DNA from: Clostridiales bacterium
GTDB lineage: Bacteria > Bacillota > Sulfobacillia > UBA995
DNA: 34,175 nucleotides
Direction: 5' to 3'
Assembly (NCBI GenBank): GCA_003517845.1
Contig: DOZU01000239.1
Span: 1 to 34,175 of the forward strand
Below, piece after piece: positions 1 through 8,016 of this stretch; position 1 is the first letter of the stretch; each line of letters starts with the position of its first letter. The position numbers were made by a program, and so were the translations under genes. The notes under the pieces were generated by a model, which was not told the DNA's origin, searched no databases, and was given only the letters and a program-made list of their open reading frames with translations.

Positions 1-72
1 TACCAGCGCGAACTCGACGAGGGCCGCACCCTCTTCCCCGCGAAGACGGCGCACGGCCAACCCTCCCCATAG
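1..72 (+). CDS. 3' end of an unidentified CDS running in from the left edge (partial)
   Basis: Frame 1 is open from base 1 to TAG 70-72 (YQRELDEGRTLFPAKTAHGQPSP*). 20 of 23 codons end in G/C, like the confident genes here. Too short for a functional call. Confidence 0.3.
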   Translation, partial: YQRELDEGRTLFPAKTAHGQPSP

Positions 73-99
73 TAGCGGAGCGCTTCCGATCCGCCGCAC

Positions 100-235
100 T
101 CAGTTCGCGATCGCGCCGTTCAGCCGGTCGATGATCTCCTGCAACCTCGCCTGCAGGGTCGTGCCGAGTTCACTGAGGGTGGCGATGAGGACGACTACGA
201 CGAGGGCAAGCAGTAGGGCGTATCACCTCTAACAT
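100..235 (-). pseudogene. Flp/Fap-pilin-like hydrophobic peptide ORF, apparently frameshifted or lacking a canonical start
   Basis: Minus-strand frame 222..100 reads YALLLALVVVVLIATLSELGTTLQARLQEIIDRLNGAIAN*, which matches the EY-hydrophobic-helix-TLG core of Flp pilins. An in-frame TGA (225-223) lies immediately upstream. ATG 235-233 (MLEV..), preceded by nothing better than the internal GAGGTGA, is in a different frame. Confidence 0.3.
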
Positions 236-272
236 TAGTGGTTCAAGGGGGCGGCTGCGAGGACGATCCGAG

Positions 273-497
273 TCAGGCTGGCCACCCGCGCAGGCGCTCC
301 GGTGCCGGGCGGCGGAGCACCTCTTGGACCACGGCCAGGCGCAGGCTCGTGAAGCGGGCCCAGCGCTCCGGTTCCTTCCCGTCCGAATCCGCGGTAAAGA
401 CCCGGCACTGTGGGCAGTAGTTAGAGGCACCTACGGTCTGGCCCACCCGCAGATCGCGACGTTCGGTGGGGCCGGCGCACATGGCGCAGGGCTGCAT
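273..497 (-). CDS. Small zinc-ribbon protein (CxxC...CxxC), function unknown
   Basis: ATG 497 is preceded by AAAGGAG at 7-nt spacing. The product MQPCAMCAGP...NYCPQCRVF has two CxxC pairs 20 residues apart and normal composition. Confidence 0.6.
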   Translation of the reverse strand: MQPCAMCAGPTERRDLRVGQTVGASNYCPQCRVFTADSDGKEPERWARFTSLRLAVVQEVLRRPAPERLRGWPA

Positions 498-822
498 GGC
501 TGGGCTCCTTTCAGGCGGGGGCGGGCGCGGATTCTGCCGTTTCGGCAGGCACCCCCCAACGGGCCGTCAAACTCAACTGTCCCTGCGGCGGACAAGAGGT
601 GGCGGGGGCTCCCGGGCGCGGCCGCTGCGCGGCGTCCCCTGAGGGCCGTGCTGGTCGAGACCGCCGAGGAGGGGCAAGAGGCGGCAGGCAGAAGGTGCTT
701 CGCGTTCGACCGAGAACTTGAACTCGGGATCAAGCGGGCTTTCGGCCAGGTGCACCGGCAGCAGACCGCAGGGGTCCCGGCAGGACTTACACGGACACGA
801 ATCCCGGCGAGAGGAGGCTACA

Positions 823-2226
823 ATGAAGGGTTTCGTTCCAACACCGCGCAAAACGGTCGACGCGATGGTCGAGCTATTGTTTCGCAAGAGGCACCCTGAA
901 CCGAACGATGCCGTGCTCGACCCGGGCTGTGGGACGGGCGAGTTCATTGACGGCATCATCCGCTGGTGCGACCGGAAGCGTCTTGCGCTTCCACGCATCA
1001 CCGGCGTCGAGTCCGATCCCCGTCACCTGCCCCTTTTGCACTCGAAGTACATGCGGTTGCGGACTGTCGAGATACAGCACGCCGATTTTCTCACGGACGG
1101 ACGTACAACCTACAACTTCGTCGTCGGTAACCCTCCCTATGTCGCAATTACGGCGCTCTCTGACAGCGAGAAGACGCGATACCGCGCACGTTACGCAACC
1201 GCCCGCGGCAGGTTCGATCTCTATTTGCTCTTCTTTGAGCAAGCGCTTCGCAGCCTTGCTCCCGGAGGACGGCTCGTCTTCATTACGCCGGAGAAGTACG
1301 TGTATGTGGAAACGGCAGGACCTCTTCGAGATCTGCTCGCACGCCATCACCTGGAGGAAATCCGCTTTCTTCAAGAGGATACATTCGGCGACCTCGTTAC
1401 CTATCCAACCATCACTGTTGTCCGCCGCGCACCGCCAGGCAGGACGCGAGTCAGGCGCCGGGACGGCTCCCTGGCGACAGTAACTCTACCTTCCGGGGGG
1501 AAGCCGTGGCTGCCCCTGCTGGAGGGCTCTGCGCCACAGCAGACGGCCGTCACACTTGGAGACCTGTGTTTGCGGATCAGTTGCGGTGTGGCGACTGGCG
1601 CGGACAGCGTATTCATACAACCGGTCGAGAGCCTCGACCCGGAGCTTCGACGCTTCGCATACCCCACGATAGCGGGCCGGCAACTGACGCCGACGACAAC
1701 AGAGCTTTTGCAGCATTTCGCGATGCTCATCCCCTATAGTGCGGACGGCCAGTTGCTCCCATTGGAAGAGCTGGGCGCTTTTGGCCGCTACCTGATGCGC
1801 GACGATGTTCGCCAGCAACTGCTGGCGCGTACCTGTGTCCGCCGCAAGCCTTGGTACGCTTTTCACGAGACGCCTCTGCTACGAGAGATTCTGCGGCCCA
1901 AAATTCTCTGCAAGGACATTACTAGTACGCCGCGCTTCTGGGTGGATCGTTTAGCTCAGTTTGTCCCCCGGCATTCGGTGTATTACATTGTGCCGCGAAA
2001 GCCCGACGACATCGACGTAATTGCCGGCTACTTGGAATCGCCCTCAGCCCGCCGATGGCTCGCGCAGAACTGTCAACGTGCGTCCAAGGGGTTTGTGCGA
2101 CTTCAGAGCCATGTACTGAAGCGGCTGCCCTTGCCCGATCACGTGGCTGCCGAGGCCGCCGAAGGATCGGTCATTCATGCGGCCGACGTGCCTTCACGAC
2201 ACACGGACTCGGCATGCAGAGGATGA
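823..2226 (+). CDS. N6-adenine DNA methyltransferase, gamma-class (Eco57I/TaqI-like) with TaqI-like C-terminal target-recognition domain
   Basis: Lies within ORF 718..2226. Start moved to ATG 823 behind GAGGAGG (811-817). Motif I VLDPGCGTGEF, then motif IV FVVGNPPYV. C-terminal GVATGADSVFIQP resembles TaqI-type specificity domains. Confidence 0.9.
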   Translation: MKGFVPTPRKTVDAMVELLFRKRHPEPNDAVLDPGCGTGEFIDGIIRWCDRKRLALPRITGVESDPRHLPLLHSKYMRLRTVEIQHADFLTDGRTTYNFVVGNPPYVAITALSDSEKTRYRARYATARGRFDLYLLFFEQALRSLAPGGRLVFITPEKYVYVETAGPLRDLLARHHLEEIRFLQEDTFGDLVTYPTITVVRRAPPGRTRVRRRDGSLATVTLPSGGKPWLPLLEGSAPQQTAVTLGDLCLRISCGVATGADSVFIQPVESLDPELRRFAYPTIAGRQLTPTTTELLQHFAMLIPYSADGQLLPLEELGAFGRYLMRDDVRQQLLARTCVRRKPWYAFHETPLLREILRPKILCKDITSTPRFWVDRLAQFVPRHSVYYIVPRKPDDIDVIAGYLESPSARRWLAQNCQRASKGFVRLQSHVLKRLPLPDHVAAEAAEGSVIHAADVPSRHTDSACRG

Positions 2227-2233
2227 CTGCAAA

Positions 2234-3010
2234 ATGAGAGCGGCGTTTGACGACGTTATAGACGAAATCAAAACGCGAGGCTTCCACAACCATCGAACGG
2301 ACGACCATTCCGGCTGCATGAGCCGAGGGATCTTGCGTGACCTGCGAACCATGTGTGAACCGTTTGAGCACGATTTCGTCAAGGGCCAGATTCGTGAGTG
2401 GTTTGACTTCCCTTCGCCGGGCGGGCGGGCACGCAAATTGGACCTCGTCGTGGCTGAGCCCGCCGCAGAAACCGCGCGGCCTGACCTCACCCGCCTCCGG
2501 TTGTGTGTAGAAAACAAGTCTGTCGTCACTGCGCACCGTAACCGCACGAACCGGTACGACGACCTCAGCGACTTAGTCGGAGTGCTCCATCGCAACAGAC
2601 CTGATGCCATTCTGGTGGCGACCGTGCTGATCGGCCTTGCTGAAAACGTTCTGAACGTGCCTGATCGCGTGAAGCCATTCGTGCCCGCTGCGAAATTCAC
2701 AGGACGGGTCTTGCCGAGGCTTTCGAGTGGCGACGACTCCTTGTGGGACGAGTTCCCGCAGGCTATAAGCCACAATCGTCCGACAGATCCGGAACGCACT
2801 GCAACGAAGTTCCGCGAGCTGCCGGCGCGCCCGCCGGGACGAACCGATCTTGTAGCCTACGACTACGTGCTACTCGTACCGGTCGTGATCGACAACGTAC
2901 ATCCGCCGAGGGTAGCACGAGACAACGACCTCGGCATCGACGTCGATGCTGAGTATCGTGCCATGCTTGACCGGATCTGCAGAGCCTACACGGCAAGGTG
3001 GCATCTGTAA
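2234..3010 (+). CDS. Putative type II restriction endonuclease (PD-(D/E)XK core) partnered with the upstream methylase
   Basis: ATG 2234 lies 8 nt after the methylase stop. KLDLVV...LCVENKS fits a D-x(n)-E-x-K nuclease core. Same strand and tight spacing as in R-M operons. No other family recognisable. Confidence 0.6.
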   Translation: MRAAFDDVIDEIKTRGFHNHRTDDHSGCMSRGILRDLRTMCEPFEHDFVKGQIREWFDFPSPGGRARKLDLVVAEPAAETARPDLTRLRLCVENKSVVTAHRNRTNRYDDLSDLVGVLHRNRPDAILVATVLIGLAENVLNVPDRVKPFVPAAKFTGRVLPRLSSGDDSLWDEFPQAISHNRPTDPERTATKFRELPARPPGRTDLVAYDYVLLVPVVIDNVHPPRVARDNDLGIDVDAEYRAMLDRICRAYTARWHL

Positions 3011-3382
3011 GGTTCCAGCATCCGCCATGCTCCCTGTCCAGCGCCACCCCTTGTGGCCGACAGAAAGGCATCGAACTCGTTCCTCATTCTCCCATAGCCC
3101 AGCACCGGCGCCGAACACGTTTTCCAGGCGCGCGAGGGGGCGAACGGCCTGTTCGATCGCAAGTTCGCCCAGCGATTTGTCCTGCCAGAAAGCGTCAAGG
3201 GACGGGAAGTCGGTCTTATCCCGCTCGAGCATTACCGGTTCAGTGCCGGCGATCGTGATGCTGGGGATTCGACCGGGGTCGGAGTCTTTGACCTTCGTCG
3301 CGCCGGCCTTCGTGAGGCGCGTGAAGAAAGTCTTCGCTATCGTTCTCGTGCACCTGTATGTGTAGAGCTTCACGAGCTTCAC
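2870..3382 (-). CDS. Hypothetical protein whose C-terminus is probably disrupted (frameshift near 3080; see findings)
   Basis: GTG 3382 overlaps the upstream stop (GTGA at 3382-3379). The first ~100 aa look protein-like (...DAFWQDKSLGELAIEQAVRPLARLENVFGAGAGLWENEE). The last ~70 codons are antisense to the endonuclease 3' end and look spurious. Confidence 0.45.
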   Translation of the reverse strand: MKLVKLYTYRCTRTIAKTFFTRLTKAGATKVKDSDPGRIPSITIAGTEPVMLERDKTDFPSLDAFWQDKSLGELAIEQAVRPLARLENVFGAGAGLWENEERVRCLSVGHKGWRWTGSMADAGTLQMPPCRVGSADPVKHGTILSIDVDAEVVVSCYPRRMYVVDHDRYE

Positions 3383-3753
3383 CCCTTTCTCCCCCACGCC
3401 CATTCAACGATCCGGTCGGTTTCCGCCCGAAGCGCCACTGTCTGCTCCTCCGCCAGGCAGTAGACAGCGAAGCCGCCGGCAAGGCGCAGAAAACGCCCCG
3501 ACATGAGCGCTCCAAACATGAGATTCTGAGCAAGCGCTCCCAGAAGGGACTCGTTCCCGCTCCAACCCCCGGTGGCAAACGTCCATCGCCCAGGGGCGAC
3601 CTCCCGCGCGTATTCGGGCCAGTACCACGCGCCAGCTACAAATCGCAGGAGATCAGCGCAGTCTTCATGCTCCTTCACCGGCCATTTTTCGATTGCGGCC
3701 AAAGTTTCCTCGGCCGGATAGCCGTCACGGTCGAACAAAGCAGTACGCGCCAT
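3379..3753 (-). CDS. Hypothetical protein (124 aa)
   Basis: ATG 3753 lies behind GGAGGTG. Balanced, W/Y/F-containing composition (MARTALFDRDGYPAEETLAAIEKWPVKEHEDCADLLRF...). Stop is coupled to the next gene by GTGA. Confidence 0.7.
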   Translation of the reverse strand: MARTALFDRDGYPAEETLAAIEKWPVKEHEDCADLLRFVAGAWYWPEYAREVAPGRWTFATGGWSGNESLLGALAQNLMFGALMSGRFLRLAGGFAVYCLAEEQTVALRAETDRIVEWAWGRKG

Positions 3754-3849
3754 TTTTCCAGGGCACCTCCCCGTTCCAGCCGAACCAACCCCCGGAAAGC
3801 AGGCCGCACGAAGCTCGCGGCCGTGCCTTCCGGAGGCTTCGCGCAGGAT

Positions 3850-5616
3850 TCAGGACTTCTCCCCCCAACTCGCGCAGACCGCCGCCTCGACTTCCACCGG
3901 GACTTCGGGAAGGAATTCCTCGGCGGCACGCACCATCTCGGACGCCACGACGGACCGGACCTCGACGGCACCGGTCTCGGCGCACTCGACCAGCAGTTCG
4001 TCGTGCACGCACGCGACGATCTGGGCGCCAAGAGGCCGGACGGCCAGGAAAACCCGCGCCAGGGCGCGCTTGATGATGTCGGCCGCTGTGCCTTGAACGG
4101 GGGTGTTGTAAAGCTCGGTCTCTTTGGGGCGGCCGTCGGCAAACCGGCGGAGCCGGCCGCTGCGCGTCCGCACCTCACGAAGGGCTTTCTGGCGGCGGTG
4201 CCACTCCCGCACGCCTGGGTAGCCGTCGAAAAAGCGCTGCCGAAAGCTCGCAGCCTCGGCAAGGGTCATTTCGACGCCGTAGCTGTCCCGGGCGTAGGCC
4301 TGGAGGCCGGCCTCTTGCATGCCGAAGACCAGGCCGAAGGCACAGGCCTTGGCGGCCTGGCGCGCTTCCTTGGTGACCTCGGACGGGGCGGCGCCGGCGA
4401 TGAGCGAGGCCGTCTCCCGGTGCAGGTCGCGGCCTTCGTGGTAGGCGGCCAGCATCCGGCGGTCGCCGCTCAACGCAGCGACTACCCGCAGCTCAATCTG
4501 CGAGTAGTCGGCGACGACCAGGCGCCGGCCCTCGGGGGCCCGGAAGCATTGCCGAAAACGGACTTCCCGCGGCACTTGCTGCACGTTGGGATCCCGGCAG
4601 GCAAGCCGCCCGGCTGCGGTCCGGCACTGGCTATAGTGCGCGTGCAGCCGGCCGGTGACGGGGTGAAGGTGCTGCAGGAACTTCTCGACGAAGGCCGACA
4701 GAAGCTTGTCGGCCTTGCGGTAGGCCAGAAGATCGGACAGCACGCCGAGACCGGTTTGCCGCTGCATCTCGCGCAGCGTGGGCTCTTCGGTATCGGCAAG
4801 CTGAAGGCCCATCGCCTGCAGCGCGGACAAGACTTGCGCCGGGGAACCCGGGTTCGCGGGCACGGGCCAGAAACTCGCGTTCGGCCCGGAAGCCAGGAGG
4901 CCGGCTGCCAGCTTATCCTGCAAGCTCGTGCGCTCGGCCTGGAGGTCCCGGCCCAGGGCGGCCCAGAGATCCTGGTCAAGATAGAGCCCCGCTTGCTCCA
5001 TATCGGCCAGGGCGGGCACGGCGCTGAACTCCAGCGCCGCCGCTTTGCCCAGGCCGAGCTTGCGCAGCAAGCCGCTAAGCTCGGTTGCCAAGGGCAAGAG
5101 CACGGCGGCGTCGGCCGCAGAGTACGCAATCTGCCCGGCCGACAAGGCTCCGGCGAAGCTGCTGCTCTGAAGGGTCTTGTCGAGGGCCACGCCGAGATAG
5201 CGCGAGGCCAGGGCCGCCAGAGAGTGCCCGTCAGAGGGCGGCTGGCCGCAGGACAGCAGCTGGCCGGCAAGCATGGTGTCGAACAGCCGCACCTCGGACA
5301 CGTCGAGGTCGGCGGCCATCAGGAACCGCAGGTCGAAAGCAGCGTTGTGGAAGACCTTGAGGACCTGCGGATCGGCAAGCAGATCGCCTGCGGGCTCGAT
5401 GCCCGCCTGCCAGCAGTCGACCACCCAAACGCACTCGTCGGTGGCGAGCTGCAGCAGACGCAACCGGTCGCTGATGGGGTCAAGACCGGTCGTCTCGACG
5501 TCTACACCGACCACCGGCGCGCGCCGGCAGGCGGACACGGCGGCGGCCAAGGCGGCCGGGTCGGTTACCAGCTCAAAGGGGACGCTGCGGACATCAACGG
5601 TCGTGCTGGTGCTCAT
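3850..5616 (-). CDS. polA: Family-A DNA polymerase with 3'-5' proofreading exonuclease domain (no 5' nuclease domain)
   Basis: Lies within ORF 3850..5751. Start moved to ATG 5616 behind GGAAAGGAG. Exo motifs VDVETTGLDP, HNAAFDLRFL, YSAADAAVLL. Pol motif A DYSQIELRVVA, motif B RQAAKACAFGLVFGM, motif C VACVHDELLVE. Confidence 0.95.
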   Translation of the reverse strand: MSTSTTVDVRSVPFELVTDPAALAAAVSACRRAPVVGVDVETTGLDPISDRLRLLQLATDECVWVVDCWQAGIEPAGDLLADPQVLKVFHNAAFDLRFLMAADLDVSEVRLFDTMLAGQLLSCGQPPSDGHSLAALASRYLGVALDKTLQSSSFAGALSAGQIAYSAADAAVLLPLATELSGLLRKLGLGKAAALEFSAVPALADMEQAGLYLDQDLWAALGRDLQAERTSLQDKLAAGLLASGPNASFWPVPANPGSPAQVLSALQAMGLQLADTEEPTLREMQRQTGLGVLSDLLAYRKADKLLSAFVEKFLQHLHPVTGRLHAHYSQCRTAAGRLACRDPNVQQVPREVRFRQCFRAPEGRRLVVADYSQIELRVVAALSGDRRMLAAYHEGRDLHRETASLIAGAAPSEVTKEARQAAKACAFGLVFGMQEAGLQAYARDSYGVEMTLAEAASFRQRFFDGYPGVREWHRRQKALREVRTRSGRLRRFADGRPKETELYNTPVQGTAADIIKRALARVFLAVRPLGAQIVACVHDELLVECAETGAVEVRSVVASEMVRAAEEFLPEVPVEVEAAVCASWGEKS

Positions 5617-6337
5617 CCTTGCCCACTCCTTTCCGCCGTAGCCGCGCGGCGACCCAGAACACCGCCGTGCACAAGAAGCCTCCCGCGCAGCCGCCGAGGT
5701 GCGCCCACCACGCGACGTACACGATGTCGGGGTGGGTAGACACCAAGGCAAGCCTGCCCATCTGCACCTGCAGCAGGAGCCACAGGACCGCCGCGAACCA
5801 GGCCGGAAGGCGGACCATGATCGGGGCGACGAGCAGCAGGCCGACCAGGATCACGCGGGCTCCCGGGAAGAGCAACGCATAGGCCGCAATCACCCCGGAT
5901 ATGGCACCGCTTGCTCCGATCAATGGGACACCGGCCATCTCCGGCATGAACCGGAGGATGACAAGAGAGTGCAGCGCAAGGGCGGTCGCGGCCGAGACGA
6001 CATAGAGCGCGGCGAAGCGCCGCGGCCCGAGCCGACACTCAGCAGCGGTGCCCAGCCGGTAGAGAAAGGCCATGTTCACCGCCAGATGCGCCCAGTCGGC
6101 GTGCAGGAACGCGCTGCCGACCACGCTGCGCAGGAACAGGCCGATCTCGGCAAGGCTTGCGCCGCCGAGCAGCGAGGGCGTTTGCTCGGCACGAAAGCCG
6201 AGGTCCTGGTATATCGAGGACAGTTGCGGGACAAAGTACGCTAGCAAAACGGCATGTACTCCGGCGTTGAACAGCACCAGCGCCTCGGTGACCGGCGCCG
6301 GCCGGGACCGAATTACATCGTCATCCAGCGGGATCAT
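5594..6337 (-). CDS. Rhomboid-family intramembrane serine protease
   Basis: Multi-pass hydrophobic protein with HADWAHLAVNM (TM2 H..H..N), catalytic GASGAISGV (GxSG) and WWAHLGG (catalytic His). ATG 6337 overlaps the upstream stop (ATGA). The 3' end overlaps the polymerase start by 23 nt. Confidence 0.85.
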   Translation of the reverse strand: MIPLDDDVIRSRPAPVTEALVLFNAGVHAVLLAYFVPQLSSIYQDLGFRAEQTPSLLGGASLAEIGLFLRSVVGSAFLHADWAHLAVNMAFLYRLGTAAECRLGPRRFAALYVVSAATALALHSLVILRFMPEMAGVPLIGASGAISGVIAAYALLFPGARVILVGLLLVAPIMVRLPAWFAAVLWLLLQVQMGRLALVSTHPDIVYVAWWAHLGGCAGGFLCTAVFWVAARLRRKGVGKDEHQHDR

Positions 6338-6792
6338 CTAATCGCCCCCCAGGGGCCGCAGAGCCGGAGGCCCCGGCGGACAACAGCCGCGAGGGATCCG
6401 CGGCAACACAACACACAACAGGGAAGGGAAAGAGTTCGCGTGTGAAATTGGACGGCCGTCCAGCCCGCCCCTTCTAAGCTGAAGGAGCGAGCTAGACGGC
6501 GGGCCTTTGCCTTTCTTACTCGAGCGCGCAGCGAGACTGTTCCTGCGGGCACGTGCCGCAGGAGTTCAAGAAACTGGTGCGCCGGGACGACTATTGCTCC
6601 CGGCACGGATACGACCGCGGGGACGGACAGTTCCATCCAGGTCTCGTAGTCGGTCCTCGCCAACCGGAGCGTCCCTTCGCTTGCTTCCAGCAGGACACCC
6701 GCCAGAACGGGCCCCCCGCCACGCGGGGAGACGATCCGGCAGACAGTCTTCAGTGCCTGCAGCAGCCCCGGCTGGGGCATGATAAGTTGCAC
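6334..6792 (-). CDS. DNA polymerase III beta-clamp N-terminal-domain-like protein (single domain, 152 aa)
   Basis: GTG 6792 lies behind AAGGAGG. LLQALKTVCRIVSPRGGGPVLAGVLLEASEGTLRLARTDYETWMELSVPAVVSVPGAIVVPAHQFLELLRHVPAG aligns by eye with DnaN domain I (PILGNLLL..GTLSLTGTDLE...VPARKF..I.R.LP). Only about one domain is present. The C-terminal ~40 aa are low-quality and overlie hairpin-rich sequence. Confidence 0.5.
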   Translation of the reverse strand: MQLIMPQPGLLQALKTVCRIVSPRGGGPVLAGVLLEASEGTLRLARTDYETWMELSVPAVVSVPGAIVVPAHQFLELLRHVPAGTVSLRARVRKAKARRLARSFSLEGAGWTAVQFHTRTLSLPCCVLCCRGSLAAVVRRGLRLCGPWGAIR

Positions 6793-6843
6793 CGCTGCTC
6801 AGCCTCCTTCGGGCTGAAGCCACAGGCCCGCGCGGGGCGGGCC

Positions 6844-6892
6844 GGACAAAAGTAACGGCCGGGGGAGAACCTGCAGAGCAGGTCTCCCCCGG
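6844..6892 (-). terminator. Terminator-like hairpin plus U-rich tail after the exonuclease gene
   Basis: RNA sense CCGGGGGAGACCUGC-UCU-GCAGGUUCUCCCCCGG (15 bp, one bulge), followed by CCGUUACUUUUGUCC. Begins 6 nt after the stop at 6898. Confidence 0.45.
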
Positions 6893-6897
6893 AAGGG

Positions 6898-7947
6898 CTA
6901 CGCGCCGTCTTCGCGCCGGTAGGCAAAGTACTCCTCCAGGCGCGGGACGGCGATGCCGTCAGCCCGGAGACGGTCGGCCAAGCCGGGCACGCGCCCGGAA
7001 AGCGCCCGGAGCTTTTTGTTGACCACGGAGAAGTAATCTCCGGGATCCTGCTCCAGGTCGCGCAGGATGTGCTCCAAGGCGGTGGCGTCCTGGACCTGCC
7101 AGCGATCGTAGGTCCAGAAGTTCCAGACGCCGCCCGCCGCGTGCACGGGCCCTTCGTCGCGGACGCGGGCCTTGAGAGCGGCCCGCAGCCGCTCGGCGGC
7201 CTGCTCCACGCGGAGCAGCACGAGTTCCGGCGGATCGTCCTGGAGGGCAAGGCACTCCACCGGATAAGAGCACCAGTCGCACTTGCCCGACGGGGTCGCC
7301 GGGAAGCCGACTTCTTCGGGGAGGTTCATGGCCTCCCGGATCTGGGCCACCTGGCCTCGGGCCCAGTCGAGCGCCCCGGCCTCAAGGCCGAGGCTCGAAT
7401 GAAAGGTCGAGGCGGGAGCGCGGCTGTACCGGAGAAACCAGAGGCGGGCCTCCACCGAAGAGACAGCCCAGCGCCGGCGGGCGGCAGCGGAGTAAAGCAG
7501 GAGCTGACGGTTGCCGGAGGCCTCGAAGCGGCCCCAGCTGGTCTTGAAGTCGGTCACGCAGACCGACTCCGAATCCACCTCGACGAGGTCGAGGCGCATG
7601 CGGAGGCTTTCGCCTCCGCCGAGGTCGAGTTCGAAGGGCTCTTCGACGAAAACCTCGGCGGACGGCGAAGGCCGCCACTTCGAGCCGAAGGCCGCCAGGG
7701 CGCGTTCCAGTTCCTGCCCCTCTTCGGGATCGGGAGCCAGAGCAATGTGCCGGCGCACGACTTCCAGGGAGGGCTCGCCCTGGGCCATGGCCTGGACTAC
7801 TTCGGCCACGGCTTCGTGCCAGCGCCGGCCGCGCTCGGCGGCAGGAGAGGGTATCTCCGGCAGCTTCTGCACGTACCGGAAATACCACAGCTTCGGGCAC
7901 CAGCCCCATTGCTCGAGCTTGGTAAAGCTCAAGGGGCTGTTGCTCAT
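6898..7947 (-). CDS. Cas4/RecB-like PD-(D/E)XK exonuclease with 4-Cys cluster
   Basis: N-terminal Cys (WGWCPKLWYF) plus C-terminal CDWCSYPVEC give the Cas4/AddB Fe-S arrangement. Nuclease core is LDLVEVD...VTDFKTS. ATG 7947 follows GGGGGTGA; an alternative GTG lies at 7956. Confidence 0.85.
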   Translation of the reverse strand: MSNSPLSFTKLEQWGWCPKLWYFRYVQKLPEIPSPAAERGRRWHEAVAEVVQAMAQGEPSLEVVRRHIALAPDPEEGQELERALAAFGSKWRPSPSAEVFVEEPFELDLGGGESLRMRLDLVEVDSESVCVTDFKTSWGRFEASGNRQLLLYSAAARRRWAVSSVEARLWFLRYSRAPASTFHSSLGLEAGALDWARGQVAQIREAMNLPEEVGFPATPSGKCDWCSYPVECLALQDDPPELVLLRVEQAAERLRAALKARVRDEGPVHAAGGVWNFWTYDRWQVQDATALEHILRDLEQDPGDYFSVVNKKLRALSGRVPGLADRLRADGIAVPRLEEYFAYRREDGA

Positions 7948-8016
7948 TTCGGTCACCCCCTACGAAGGGACAACACCGCCGGGGCCCGTGAAACATTCCC
8001 GGGCCCCGGCGAGAAC

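Noticed and set aside
3358-5739. A 793-aa plus-strand ORF, the longest in the track.
   Set aside because: It lies antisense to the motif-rich family-A polymerase and its neighbours. The product is a monotonous G/R/A/P/L-rich string with no motifs. This is typical of spurious open frames opposite real genes in high-G+C DNA. The same reasoning rejects 7069..8379, 8983..10185, 9441..10517, 17090..18571, 20902..22140, 23353..24276, 28324..29586 and 31409..32293 on the plus strand.
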